Shown: in pieces, positions 1 to 10,673 of the stretch
Layout of the letters: every line of letters starts with the position of its first letter
Numbering within the stretch: position 1 is the stretch's first letter
Source of the DNA: Nitrospirota bacterium
GTDB lineage: Bacteria; Nitrospirota; UBA9217
Direction: 5' to 3'
DNA length: 64,000 bases
Assembly (NCBI GenBank): GCA_963845065.1
Contig: CAWJQQ010000006.1
Location: forward strand, 224,001 to 288,000
Notes under the pieces: model-generated
Told to the model about the DNA's origin: nothing
Database searches by the model: none
What the model saw: the letters and a program-made list of their open reading frames with translations, nothing else
Position numbers and translations under genes: made by a program

Positions 1-380
1 TCCGTCTCGGCATGGTGACCGGGAGGTCGGATTGCACAGAATGCGCGATCGATCTCATCTTTTTTGCACAGTTCAATGGCTTCTATGACCGCTCCAGCAG
101 CATGAAGCGCTGCTTCGAAACTGCCTTCCGACATATAGGTATCCGGATCGAGTTCTCCTGCCCCGAAATTTTTTATTTTTTCTACATAGTCACGTGTGTG
201 GACGCGAGTGAGATCATCAAAGGTCGCACTACGCGGCGGGATGGGAATCAGCTTCGGCCAAAAGCCCGATGCCTTAAGCCTGACAATGATGCTGATGATC
301 CGGTCCGGTAAATCAGGATGCCAAACCGGCGGTTCATGACGGAGGCAGATTTCATCAAAGGCGAAACCGACTTTTTTCAC
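1..380 (-). CDS. Histone deacetylase/AcuC/acetylpolyamine amidohydrolase family protein (5' part; runs off window)
   Basis: Manual translation from GTG at 380 (AAAGGA upstream): MKKVGFAFDEICLRHEPPVWHPDLPDRI...RVHTRDY...LDPDTYMS...RAFCAIRPPGHHAET. HP, DxDT and RPPGHHA are HDAC-family motifs. Not in the ORF track. Confidence 0.9.
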   Translation of the reverse strand, partial: MKKVGFAFDEICLRHEPPVWHPDLPDRIISIIVRLKASGFWPKLIPIPPRSATFDDLTRVHTRDYVEKIKNFGAGELDPDTYMSEGSFEAALHAAGAVIEAIELCKKDEIDRAFCAIRPPGHHAET

Positions 381-492
381 GAAGATAGATTATCCTTTCG
401 TAGAGCGAACTCTTGTGGGGGCCCTCCAATAGCGTTATAGAGGACTGCCCAAACTAGAAAAAGATGTTCCAGGCTTAAGACAATTTACTCAG

Positions 493-1226
493 CTATTTCT
501 TCCCGCACGTTGGACAATCGGGATCTTTCCGGATCTTAATCTTCTGGAAGTCCGTAGTGGCCCCTTCCCAGACGAGGAGTTGGCCTTTGATGGTCGAACC
601 GATTCCGGAAAGGTACTTCAAAGTCTCCAAGGCCTGTAATGAACCAATAACCGCCGGTGTGACACCAAGCACGGGAAAAACTTCCTTTGGTGGAGCTTCC
701 GGAAAGATACATCGCAAGCAGGGCGTTTCCGGCGACTGGATAAACGAGAGCCGCCCGTCGATGCCTCAGATGCTGCCGTACACAAGAGAAATCTTTTTTC
801 TGATGGCGCACTCATTCAACAGGAAACGGGTCGGGAAATTGTCCATGCAATCAAGGATAATGTCAGAGTAGCCCACGAGCCGATCAACGTTCTCCTCCAC
901 GATCTTATCGGTGAAAGCGGTGATTGAGATATCCGGGTTGAATCGCTCGAGCGTCATTTTGCCCGAGACTGCCTTGTTTTGGCCGATCCGCGTGTGATCG
1001 TGAAGGATCTGGCGGTTCAGATTCGACCAGTCCGGGGAATCGAAATCGCAGATCCGGATGTTGCCCACACCAGCCACAGCGAGGTAGATCGACACCGGCG
1101 ACCCCAGCCCGCCTGCTCCAGCAATAAAGACCTGGACTTTTTGATCTTCTTCTGGGTTGCCTCACCCCACCCTTCCATCATCATTTGTCTTGTGTAGCGC
1201 TTCTATTCCGTTTCAGAAAGACTCAT
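493..1226 (-). pseudogene. ThiF/MoeB/HesA adenylyltransferase pseudogene
   Basis: Reconstructs as MSLSETE*KRYTRQ...KS/(1-bp loss near 1132)VFIAGAGGLGSPV...SNLNRQ...DCMDN...GSI*GIDG...PCLRC...CPTC. It has an in-frame TAG at codon 8, a frameshift, and TGA at 766-768. Confidence 0.9.
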
Positions 1227-1310
1227 GCAATCCTCCCCTCACTATCCCCATGATTGCCTATGCATATGTGCCCTAATTATATCGCGTCGGATTTGTTTTT
1301 ATCAATAGTT

Positions 1311-2162
1311 TTATTTCAGCCGCACCCTGGCTTTGTGCAGCAGGAGGTCAGGCACATAGGATGATTTGAAAACGCGCAGATTCTCTTTGTCCAAATCCTG
1401 CTCAAGGTTCAGATATTTGTACTTCGGCGAGAGGACCCTTGCAAAATTGTTGAACATATACTGGTAAATGCCCTTGAATTTTGTCCGGGCTTTGGCAAAA
1501 TGCAGCACAAAGGTCTCGTCGCTCACCTCTTCCCCGAGCACAAAGCCCGCAGGCTCGTCGTCCGCATAGTAAATACCGCCGCAAAGGACAAGTTCATCGT
1601 AGCGTTCAAGTGCCTCAAGACAGGCATCGTAATCAGTGTCAGCGGCTTTCATCTCCGAAGTCGCTTGCCAGTCCAAAAGAATTAATCGTGCTTGAGCAAG
1701 CCGTTCATTCGTAAGGGGCAACGCGTCGTGCCGATAGAGCTTCTGGAACTGAGCAAGGAGATTCCGTTTTTTGTGCAGATTCCTTCCTTTGTAGGTACTC
1801 ATTTTTTCTACCGTGAATACGTAGTCTGCATCGCCATCTTTGTAAGTTATCTCGAATACACTGGATTCGAAAAAAGAAAGCCATTCATCAGGGATCGGAA
1901 AGAGGAAGTCCACGGTCTTCATGAGGTCCTTTAGCAATCCGATATCAGCCGTGCGTACATCGAAGATTGGCATCAGATAGGTATGCCCGTCGTATGACTT
2001 TCCTTTGATAAAAATGTTCTGGTTTATGATGACTTCATAATTGTGATTTCCCCGAAAGAGATAAAGGTTAGCAAAGGTATATTCAGAGAGGCCAGCCATG
2101 GCCCTCTTGAGTAGGGGGGCAAGGAGTTCCTTATGTTGCAGTTCGAGTTTTTCGATGAGCAT
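1311..2162 (-). CDS. DUF2156 / phosphatidylglycerol lysyltransferase C-terminal-like protein
   Basis: 283 aa with SEYTFANLYLF, YKGRNLHKKRN, HFAKA and NLEQDL...K.SY.P motifs. Confidence 0.85.
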   Translation of the reverse strand: MLIEKLELQHKELLAPLLKRAMAGLSEYTFANLYLFRGNHNYEVIINQNIFIKGKSYDGHTYLMPIFDVRTADIGLLKDLMKTVDFLFPIPDEWLSFFESSVFEITYKDGDADYVFTVEKMSTYKGRNLHKKRNLLAQFQKLYRHDALPLTNERLAQARLILLDWQATSEMKAADTDYDACLEALERYDELVLCGGIYYADDEPAGFVLGEEVSDETFVLHFAKARTKFKGIYQYMFNNFARVLSPKYKYLNLEQDLDKENLRVFKSSYVPDLLLHKARVRLK

Positions 2163-2168
2163 TCTTAA

Positions 2169-2196
2169 ACTATAATCGATAACAAAATTTTGTCAA
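2169..2196 (-). promoter_or_regulatory. sigma70-type promoter, probably leaderless, for the DUF2156 gene
   Basis: TTGACA-16 nt-TATAGT-6 nt-ATG(2162); no SD. Confidence 0.6.
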
Positions 2197-2294
2197 GCGT
2201 TACGACTGTGGTAGTGGGTTTGAAATAGGACTTGTGGTATACTTGTACAGGCAAGATAATTTCCCGCATTTATCATCTCATGAAGGAGGAAGGT

Positions 2295-3077
2295 ATGCTC
2301 GTAATAGCGGAGAACCTAAACATACGGAATAGAGAGTATATGGGAGCAATCAAGAAAAAGGACCGGAAGGCGATCGAAACCATGGCTAAGGAACTGGCGT
2401 CAAAAGGAGCCGATTTGATCAATGTCCAGGTTTCAATGGATGGTGCTGGCGATGAGGATTTGCTTCCCTTTTCTGTGGAAGTTGTTCAGAACGGGGCCGG
2501 CCTTCCCCTCTGCCTTGATTCGCGAAACGTTAAGGCTCTAGCGAAGGCTGTACAGCTTTGCAAAGAGCCACCGATTATAAACTACCTTTCTGCAGACGAG
2601 AAAAAACCCGGTGAACTGCTGGCCCTCGTTAAAGAGTCGAAAGCTAATCTTGTCATTCGCGCGCTCAAGGGGACCGTGCCCTCAACACTCGAGGCCAAAC
2701 TCATGATCCTCGAGGATTTGATCGAGAAGGCGAACGAAGCTGACGTCCCGAACGAACGGTTATTCGCTGACCCATCGGTGGTACACATAAGCAAGGGACA
2801 AGGCCAGGAGCATCTCTTGAACGCGCACGAGAGCGTCATCGTCTTGAACGAAATGGTCGATCCGCCGCTCAACACAGTGATCTGGCTTTCGAATATAACC
2901 TCGGGCCTGCCGAAGAATCTGAAATCGTCTGTTGCTGCGGCTTATCTCTATTACCTTGCCGGGGCAGGGCTAAATGCAGCGCTAGTGAACGTGATGGACG
3001 AGGAAGTGATGAAGGCGGTGTACCTGATTAAGGCCTTCCGAGATGACGTGATCTTCTCCCCAGCGGATTTGGCATAG
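2295..3077 (+). CDS. Pterin-binding methyltetrahydrofolate:corrinoid methyltransferase (AcsE/MeTr-like, divergent)
   Basis: AAGGAGG SD before ATG 2295; TIM-barrel pterin-binding pattern IAENLN...LCLDS...IINY...ADP...LSNI...AGL.AA. Confidence 0.8.
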   Translation: MLVIAENLNIRNREYMGAIKKKDRKAIETMAKELASKGADLINVQVSMDGAGDEDLLPFSVEVVQNGAGLPLCLDSRNVKALAKAVQLCKEPPIINYLSADEKKPGELLALVKESKANLVIRALKGTVPSTLEAKLMILEDLIEKANEADVPNERLFADPSVVHISKGQGQEHLLNAHESVIVLNEMVDPPLNTVIWLSNITSGLPKNLKSSVAAAYLYYLAGAGLNAALVNVMDEEVMKAVYLIKAFRDDVIFSPADLA

Positions 3078-3261
3078 AAGCTGCGACTCATTTTACGATA
3101 GTGGCTCTGAGACGCGAATATTTTAAGAAAAAAGAGCGCGTTCAGATGAGAAGAAGCCATGAATTGGATTCTTTTGAAGACGCGTCGTCTCAAATTCACT
3201 CTTTCGTCTTTATCCGTGCCTCGAGGCGTGGTTCATATAGTACTTGGGCACTTTTTTCTCA

Positions 3262-4269
3262 CTACTTCGAATAATCCTTCAGCACTTCCGGAATAAGTTG
3301 CTGATAATCCTCATAGGGGATCTGCGAATGCCACTTGTTTGCTACCATGCCAATCCCGATCACAAGATAGAGCAATACTATTAAGATCATCGGGAAGAGG
3401 TATGCTTTTACAACCCTGACCTTTTTACCAGCGCTAAAAGTAAGGTCAAGCGCGCCGGGTGACGGGCAGCGGCTTACACAGGTCAGACAGCCGAAACATT
3501 CCTCGGATTTTACGAATGTCTTACTCTCTACATCGATCAGCGTAGGACAATGAGTGGTGCAAGCATGGCAATGGGTACACAGCGTCTCGTTTCTGCAAAC
3601 CTTGAATGGACTCAACCGGGAAAGGAGCCCGAGGAGTGCGCCGTAGGGGCAAAGGTATCGACACCAGAAGTTTTTATACAAGAGGGAGAGAACTGCGAGT
3701 GAAGTCAGGACCCACAGCGTGAACGTGGTCATTTCCGTGAAGAACTCCATCATTCGCACGTCCACGACCTTGTAGTAGTCGGCAATGAAGAAGAGTGCCA
3801 TTATATTCGGTGGCATCGCAATGCCAATCAGAAAGAGGAAGAGGCCGAGGAAGACATACTTGAGTGACCGAAGCGAGATGTCCGTGAACGGGCCAATTCG
3901 AAAGCTCCTGCCGAACACCTTCTCACCCCCCATCCAGAACAGCTGTGACAGAGTGCCGATGGGACAGATCCAGCCGCAGAAACCCTTTTTTACGATCAAT
4001 GACACACCGAGGATGGCAACAAAGAGTATGAAGGCGGCAGGATGTACGGGCTCGACAATACCGGTCAGAATGAAGTACTTGAACGCCATAAGCCCGCTGA
4101 TGGGCAGAAATGCATCGACTGAGGGGGGTCTCGGCACAAAGGGGCGGCCGGGGGCCACGAAGTGCTGAATGAACTGATAGAACTGGTATCCGATGACGAG
4201 CGTGAGTAGGAAGAAACCGATCTGTACTGAATACCGGAGCAGCCGAAGATAAGTTCGTGGTAACTTCAT
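3262..4269 (-). CDS. Membrane 4Fe-4S protein (NapH/MauN/YccM family)
   Basis: TM helices, FCGWICPIG and WCRYLCPYG motifs, two CxxCxxCxxxCP ferredoxin motifs. Confidence 0.9.
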   Translation of the reverse strand: MKLPRTYLRLLRYSVQIGFFLLTLVIGYQFYQFIQHFVAPGRPFVPRPPSVDAFLPISGLMAFKYFILTGIVEPVHPAAFILFVAILGVSLIVKKGFCGWICPIGTLSQLFWMGGEKVFGRSFRIGPFTDISLRSLKYVFLGLFLFLIGIAMPPNIMALFFIADYYKVVDVRMMEFFTEMTTFTLWVLTSLAVLSLLYKNFWCRYLCPYGALLGLLSRLSPFKVCRNETLCTHCHACTTHCPTLIDVESKTFVKSEECFGCLTCVSRCPSPGALDLTFSAGKKVRVVKAYLFPMILIVLLYLVIGIGMVANKWHSQIPYEDYQQLIPEVLKDYSK

Positions 4270-4458
4270 GGTCTTGATATTACATCGCTTGGATGCAAAA
4301 CGCTATGATGTTTATCATAAGGAAATTCTGAAGTAGCTGCTTTAATTGTGGATAAATAAGGCTGCGCACTGACAGTAATAGCGCGTGAGCAAGGCGCCTT
4401 ATTTCATGGCACATCATCTAACCGTGTTCCTCTGTGTTTACCGCATCTTAAAATTTTC

Positions 4459-4794
4459 TTATTTTTTGAATTTCTCGAGGACCTTTTCCATGCCTAGCCG
4501 CGTTGCGGAAAAGCCATGCGAAGTCGGATCTTCTTCCTTACTTAACGGCATTAAAAAAATCGCAGCGTCAGCAGTTCGGAAGCTTCTGCGCGTAAGTCCC
4601 CTGTAGCTTTCCACCGCAGATCGAACCTGCGATCACCCAGCATGCACTCCCTGCATTCTTACCGCCGTGGACCGTTACGGTACAAACACCCAGTCCTCAG
4701 CTTTCAGGCCGTCGGGGTATCGTCCGCATTTTTTGTGTTCCCAGCAATTCTTTCTTATCAATTCGATGTTTTTGCTTTTGATATCTTCTTTCAT
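4459..4794 (-). pseudogene. Degraded paralogue of the two-CW domain gene at 26659
   Basis: Across frameshifts: NCWEHKKCGRYPDGLKAE/LGVCTVTVHGGKNAGSACWVIAGSICGGKLQGTYAQKLPNC*RCDFFNAVK*...GFSATRLGMEKVLEK, closely matching 26659..27033. Confidence 0.85.
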
Positions 4795-5033
4795 GTAACC
4801 TTTACCTCATGTATTACAAATAATAATTAAATCTGCTTACTATCCGCCGCCCGTGGTCTATCGATAGAAATAAATTAACTATACGGAATTGAATACGAGT
4901 AAGTCAATTTTATTTTGCATTCCCATAATTAATATTTTTTATGCTCACATTGTTAAAGAAAATAAGTAGAATAAATTTTTACTCAAAGAAATCACCTTTA
5001 CAACTTCAGGAAGATTGTGCTATTTTTAAAGCT

Positions 5034-6413
5034 ATGGTCCATGATCTTCATACTTTTTTTTATCCCCAAACCGTCGCCCTCATTGGCGCTACTAATAACC
5101 CCATGAAACCGGGCACGGCGATTCTAGAGAATCTGTCCCATTTCAACGGTGCTGTATTCCCGGTAAATCCAAAACACGAAACCCTGCTGGGCCACCGCTG
5201 CTATCCGTCGATCACTGCGGTCCCCGACGCGATCGACATGGCCATCATCGCCCTGCCTGCTAAACTCATCGAACAGGAGATCGAAGCAGTCCATAAAAAA
5301 GGCATACGCAGGATTATCCTGATCAGCTCCGGGTTTGCCGAAGCAGGTGAAGAAGGAATCCGGATGCAACAGCGCATCGCGGTAACGACTAAAGAGTACG
5401 GCATCCGCGTGATCGGTCCGAATGCCCTCGGTGTTTACAACACTGACAACGGACTAGACAGTTTTTTCGTATCCCGCGAACGCGTGTCACTGCCCTCGCA
5501 AGGCAGACTGTCGATCATCTCACAGAGCGGCGCCATCGCTGTTATCCTTATGGAAGCGCTCGCTCGCGACAATATGGGCATAGCCAAGGTCGTTAACTAC
5601 GGTAACCGGCTGGATGTGGACGATGCCGATGCCCTCGATTACTTTGCTGACGATGCACAAACAGGGGCGGTAGCCATGTACATGGAGTCAGTGGCTAACG
5701 GCAGGAAGTTCCTGACAGCAGCAAAAGCATTCGCTGCGAAAAAACCCCTCGTTATCTGGAAAGCGGGCAAATATGAATTAGGCGCGGCAGCCGTGGCGTC
5801 ACATACGGCAACGCTCGCTGGCAGATACGGCCTGTACGAGGCTGCCTTCCGGCAGGCCGGTGCAGTGGAGGCCTACGATTTCGAGCATATGATTGATGCG
5901 GCAAAAGCCATTGCACTCATGGATTATCCCTGCGTGGGAAACCGTCTACTGGTCGTAACGAACGGCGGAGGCATGGCTGTCGCGGCCTCCGACCAGGCAC
6001 AGCGAGAAGGATTCATCATGCCTCACGTTCCAAACGAGGTCAGATCAAAGCTCGACGGAGTCTTCCCTTCCTTTTTTGTGAAAAGCAATCCCATTGATCT
6101 GACAGGTAGTGGCAGAAACGAAGATTATTATACGGCGCTCAAGGAAGCATTGCCTCATTTCGACGCTGCTGTCGTAATCGTGCTCATGGGGGCGACGACG
6201 GTCACGGAAGAAGCCACGGGCATGGTTGCCCGCGCGTGTCATGAAGCAAAAAAACCTGTCGCGTGCTGCCTCCTGCAGGGCCTAGGCTACACTCAGGATG
6301 CCATGCATGAACTGCTGAAGCTCGGTGTTCCTGTATATCCTTCGCCGGAGCGCGCTGTGCGGGCACTGGCTGTGCTCAGGAATGCGACCAAAAAAAGAGA
6401 AGGCTGTAAGTGA
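5034..6413 (+). CDS. Acetate/acyl-CoA ligase (ADP-forming) alpha subunit, CoA-binding
   Basis: VALIGAT...PVNPK, GFAEAG, GPNALG, SQSGA, SHTA (phospho-His), TNGGG and NPIDLTG motifs. Confidence 0.9.
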   Translation: MVHDLHTFFYPQTVALIGATNNPMKPGTAILENLSHFNGAVFPVNPKHETLLGHRCYPSITAVPDAIDMAIIALPAKLIEQEIEAVHKKGIRRIILISSGFAEAGEEGIRMQQRIAVTTKEYGIRVIGPNALGVYNTDNGLDSFFVSRERVSLPSQGRLSIISQSGAIAVILMEALARDNMGIAKVVNYGNRLDVDDADALDYFADDAQTGAVAMYMESVANGRKFLTAAKAFAAKKPLVIWKAGKYELGAAAVASHTATLAGRYGLYEAAFRQAGAVEAYDFEHMIDAAKAIALMDYPCVGNRLLVVTNGGGMAVAASDQAQREGFIMPHVPNEVRSKLDGVFPSFFVKSNPIDLTGSGRNEDYYTALKEALPHFDAAVVIVLMGATTVTEEATGMVARACHEAKKPVACCLLQGLGYTQDAMHELLKLGVPVYPSPERAVRALAVLRNATKKREGCK

Positions 6414-6433
6414 TTAACTTTGAATAAAAAACC

Positions 6434-7135
6434 ATGATGATGCCCCAGGACATTATTCAGTCAGTACTGAAAGAGGGCCGCAAGACACTCTTCGAACATG
6501 AAGCCAAGGATCTTGTGCGCTCTATCGGCATCATCGTACCGCGGTACGTGCTCGTAGATCCTCTTGACTCAAAGTCCGCCGGTGATGCAGGCGAGAAACT
6601 TGGCTTTCCTGTGGTGCTCAAAGCCGTTTCCCCTCATATCCTCCATAAAACCGATGTGGGTGCCGTGATGCTGAACATTACCACCAACGCTGGGCTCTCG
6701 GCATCAATACGGACTATGAAAAAAATGATCGCTACGCGGGCATCGGGCGCTGTAATCAGGTCGTTTTTGATCGAGAAGATGATGCCTCAGGGACTCGAGC
6801 TTCTGATTGGTGGCATGCGCGATGAACAGTTTGGTCCTACTGTAGCCTTTGGGCTCGGTGGGGTATGGGTCGAGGCGCTCAAAGACTCTGCTTTTGGCAT
6901 CCTGCCACTCACCCATGAAGAGATTAACGACATGATCTCCCAAACACGAGCAGGCATGTTCCTCAAAGGTTTCCGTGGCAGCTCTTCGCTCGATGAAGAG
7001 GCCGTACACCTGATCATCGCCAACCTGTCAACGCTCCTACTCGATTATCCGCAGATCAAGGAAGTCGATCTCAATCCTGTGCGCATTTACGCACGAGGTG
7101 CGGCTGCCCTCGATGTCAGGATCGTTCTTCAATAA
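6434..7135 (+). CDS. Acetate/acyl-CoA ligase (ADP-forming) beta subunit, ATP-grasp
   Basis: EHEAK, GFPVVLK, HKTDVG, FGP...FGLGG and DLNPV motifs; directly follows the alpha subunit. Confidence 0.9.
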   Translation: MMMPQDIIQSVLKEGRKTLFEHEAKDLVRSIGIIVPRYVLVDPLDSKSAGDAGEKLGFPVVLKAVSPHILHKTDVGAVMLNITTNAGLSASIRTMKKMIATRASGAVIRSFLIEKMMPQGLELLIGGMRDEQFGPTVAFGLGGVWVEALKDSAFGILPLTHEEINDMISQTRAGMFLKGFRGSSSLDEEAVHLIIANLSTLLLDYPQIKEVDLNPVRIYARGAAALDVRIVLQ

Positions 7136-7251
7136 GTTCCGCCTCCAGTCATTGTGAGATATACGGGAATTGTCCGAAAGAGTTTGAAACTATACAAAAT
7201 TTTCTCTTGCGAGAGTGTCGTCTGGGCGGTCGGCTATTTTTCTTTTTTACT

Positions 7252-8136
7252 ATGCGCGATGATAAGACTGTCGAAGAACTCACCTATCTCCGGGCCGAAG
7301 TCAAACGACTTCGAACGGCTTTGGACCAGCAGACAAGTGACCTCGACACCCTGCTGAAGCAGCGAGGTTTCATGATCTATAAAAAAGAGCCTTCCGGAGA
7401 CCTGCTTATCCCCGTAAAGAAGTATTTGAGTCGTTATTATCGAATGCTCCACAAATATTCTTTTCGTCTCTTCCTCCGTGAGGTAATCAAACACCAGTAT
7501 CGGTTTGGGCTCGAAGACGTAGCCCGGTATGCCACTTCGTTCGTGACAAAAGAATACATAGACTATCTCGTGACCATGAAACTCATCAAAAGGACAACAA
7601 AGGGGTACACACTTGCTAAGAGGCCGATCACGAGCTTCGGCCCGACCCTAGAGTGGTATATCGCTGAGATTTTCAAGCGTGAGTTCGGTTCGGAAGCTGT
7701 CTGGGGTGTTAAGTTTAAACGTCCTAACATTGGTGGGGATTACGATGTGATTGCAAAATTCGACGGTTCCCTTATTTCAATAGAGGTTAAGTCATCCCCG
7801 CCAAAACAAATTTATGAAAGCGAAATCGCCGCTTTTCTCGACCGTGCAGAGGACCTGGCGCCAGCAATCAGTGTCTTTTTCATGGATACTGAGCTTAGAA
7901 TGAAAGACAAGTTGGTGCCTATGTTCGAGAAGGAGCTTCACCAACGATATGACAAGCCGCCGAAGGTAATGCGCATGGAGCGCGAGCTGTTCCAGTACGG
8001 CGACCGTATTTTCATCGTGAACTCGAAGGAGAGTATCATTCAGAATATAGGAAAAGTGATGAGTTGGTATTTTCAAAGATCTGCCGGACTGCGTTCATTT
8101 GCCGTGATGGGAGAAAAACAGACCCGGCAAACATGA
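7252..8136 (+). CDS. Hypothetical protein with C-terminal PD-(D/E)XK nuclease-like domain
   Basis: FGPTLEWYIAE...GGDYDVIA...ISIEVKS fits E...D...ExK; N-terminal coiled coil and probable winged helix. Confidence 0.65.
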   Translation: MRDDKTVEELTYLRAEVKRLRTALDQQTSDLDTLLKQRGFMIYKKEPSGDLLIPVKKYLSRYYRMLHKYSFRLFLREVIKHQYRFGLEDVARYATSFVTKEYIDYLVTMKLIKRTTKGYTLAKRPITSFGPTLEWYIAEIFKREFGSEAVWGVKFKRPNIGGDYDVIAKFDGSLISIEVKSSPPKQIYESEIAAFLDRAEDLAPAISVFFMDTELRMKDKLVPMFEKELHQRYDKPPKVMRMERELFQYGDRIFIVNSKESIIQNIGKVMSWYFQRSAGLRSFAVMGEKQTRQT

Positions 8137-8727
8137 CGGTGAAATCAGCTGCTTTTTGCTATTTTTTCTGGTCGTACCAAGTTGTGGCGCAGTACAAGGC
8201 GACATGCACTATCAAGCCAGGGTCTTTACTGTACCCCATTTTCCGTAGCTTGGTCAACAGCTAGCGAGACATGAGTACTGCTTCTCGATCAAAGACATCG
8301 AGAGCGGCTGGAGCAATGTGCCGATTTTTTACGACACCTTCAGGGAACGGTCTTTGCCGAGGGAGGCGATGCGTGGGACGATGTGTTCCATGATTCGGAT
8401 TTAAAACACTCAATAGGAGCCCAGGTGAGACTCGGTGCCGATCTGGTATACTCGCTACTACTCGTCGCATTCCGTCCGGTTTTGCAAAAGGTCTTGACAA
8501 TAGATGTGAATCTCAGATTTGCTTAGCTCTCTGAATGCAGGTTCTGTTCTAATAGGTGCATTTGCGATGGAATTACTGTAGGAAATAGGTAATGCTTCGC
8601 ACCGCATAGGACAGCGTGAGCGCGCGTTCCTCAATAAACGGTAATTTTGCATTTCTCGACGATCACGGTGTTTAGACGCTATTTCCTTCGTCATTGATTT
8701 GGTCAGTACTCTTTATGGAGGCAGCGC

Positions 8728-9615
8728 ATGATACTCGTTACGGGTGGAACAGGATTTGTCGGCAGCAATCTGATTCGGCGTTTGCGCAGCGATGACATTG
8801 CTGTACGCGCCCTGGTGAGAAATCCTGGCAAAGGCCGGGCGCTCAAAGACATCGCCGTTGATATTGTCGAGGGCGACGTCTGTAATAATGCCACGCTCGA
8901 AAAGGCGGCATCTGGCTGCGAGCGCGTTGTCCACCTCGTCGGCATCATTCATGAAACGCAAGGCGCGACATTTCGAACTATACATGTGGACGGCACTCGG
9001 AACGTCCTCGAGGCGGCAAAAAAGACCGGAGTGCAGCATTTCTTCTACCAGAGCGCTCTCGGTACACGCCCGGGAGCAAAGAGCATGTATCATAAGACAA
9101 AGTGGGAGGCTGAGGAACTCGTACGCGCAAGCACCATTCCCTACACGATCCTCAGGCCGTCAATCATCTACGGACCCGGAGATCAATTTACGATGAAGCT
9201 CTTAGAGATAATCAAACGCTCACCAGTGCTGCCAGTCATCGGCCCTGGCCGGTTTCGGGTCCAGCCTCTATACATCGACGATGCAGTCTCTTGTATCGTA
9301 AAGGCTATAACCGGCGATTCTTTTTTGAACGAGATGTTCGAGATTGGAGGGCCGGACCAGTTGACCTACGAAGAAATGATCGGGGCGGTCGCCGATGCTC
9401 TTGGCGTATATCGGCCGACCATGCACGTTCCTGTATTTTTGGCAAGGAGCGCGGTGCGGCTTCTCGAGACTGTGTTACCCGCATCGCCGGTGACCTCTGA
9501 CCAGATCATCATGCTCCAGGAGGACAACATTTGCACCATGCGCGACATCCGTGACGCTTTCGGCATCGAACCGATAAAGTTCCGGGAAGGACTCAAAAAA
9601 TTTATTGCGCCCTAG
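8728..9615 (+). CDS. NAD(P)-dependent epimerase/SDR, NDUFA9-like
   Basis: GGAGG SD; ILVTGGTGFVG, HLVGII, YHKTK and RPSIIYG motifs. Confidence 0.9.
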   Translation: MILVTGGTGFVGSNLIRRLRSDDIAVRALVRNPGKGRALKDIAVDIVEGDVCNNATLEKAASGCERVVHLVGIIHETQGATFRTIHVDGTRNVLEAAKKTGVQHFFYQSALGTRPGAKSMYHKTKWEAEELVRASTIPYTILRPSIIYGPGDQFTMKLLEIIKRSPVLPVIGPGRFRVQPLYIDDAVSCIVKAITGDSFLNEMFEIGGPDQLTYEEMIGAVADALGVYRPTMHVPVFLARSAVRLLETVLPASPVTSDQIIMLQEDNICTMRDIRDAFGIEPIKFREGLKKFIAP

Positions 9616-9659
9616 TGAACTCAGCCAGTTGACGATGAATCATTATGAATACAGCGTCA

Positions 9660-10590
9660 ATGAACTAAACGTGGGCTAAAACATGTGGGATTCTGAGCTG
9701 CAAGCGGAGCTGCTGCCGGATACGCAAGCAGTCTGACTGCTCCTCTCCCAATGGTGGGTCGCCCAAAACATATGAATTACAATTGATGCATTAATATCTC
9801 GATCCTGTTCAGTGTTACGTGCTGGACAGGTCCACGTGCGATTTCTGAGATTTAATTCTTCATTGTTAGAACCGCATACGTGACATTGTTCTGAGGACGG
9901 ATAGTACCTGACTATTATTATAAACGTAGACCCGTACTTCCGGCACATATATCCTGGATATTCAGGTAGTCGGCAAAGCCCATGTCCGATATCTATCGGC
10001 CCCAAAACCTCTTCATGGCCGCAATATTGAGATCCTCAAGGAACAGATAGTCGTACATTGTCGCCATCTTCCTGGCAGTTTATAATGAAGTCTAACCGTT
10101 TTCGCGATCTTTTTGTGTACTCTGGCAATATATCTTCTGGTACGGCTCTGATGTGAGTACCTATCTTCTTGCGCGATAATGCTTTGTTGGCGTTTTTAAC
10201 AAAACGGAAACCGCGCTTGAAGAACTGTGAAGCCGCTGTCGTTTCACCATTGCTTAAGGTACTGCGTTAGCTCAGAATCGGAGCCTGCGCTTTAACCCGT
10301 CATAACTTTATTTTGAACTTCAACCGATACGCCGTCGCATGAGAAACTGAGGTAAATGTTGCTAAGAGTACCACACTTTGCTGTAAGGGTCTTAACGGCC
10401 CCTTTGCTATCAAGCGACTTATGTTATTTTAATACCAACCCCCGATCCGGATATGATTTCCATCAAGCCAATCATAACCCAGCTTGGGGCAGGGTTAACG
10501 ATCTATACTTCCAACGCTTTTTGAATTCTGTAGGAAAGAGCAACGCTTTCATCCCACGCTAAAGTATGTGGGACTTCCCGCACTATTTTC
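9660..10590 (-). mobile_element. tnpB: Decayed IS200/IS605-family element with fragmented tnpB
   Basis: Fragments FKKRWKYRSLTLPQAG, YDYLFLEDLNIAAMKRFWGR* and YYPSSEQCHVCG...WTCP...DRDINAS. Left-end-like hairpin GTCCCACATACTTTAGCGTGGGAT near 10553-10576; right-end-like GAATCCCAC near 9685-9693. Confidence 0.8.
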
Positions 10591-10673
10591 CTAAACTAAA
10601 TCCTTTGCTTTGTGTCAAAAAAGATTTACAATAAAGCCCACTTTGTTTATCAGGAAGGATGGATGGGGATAAA

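Noticed and set aside
766..768. Selenocysteine codon in thiF/moeB
   Set aside because: The position corresponds to an aromatic residue rather than Cys, and the gene has two other lesions.
8137..8720. Short ORFs in a 590-bp spacer
   Set aside because: No recognisable motifs or SD; at most an unidentifiable remnant.
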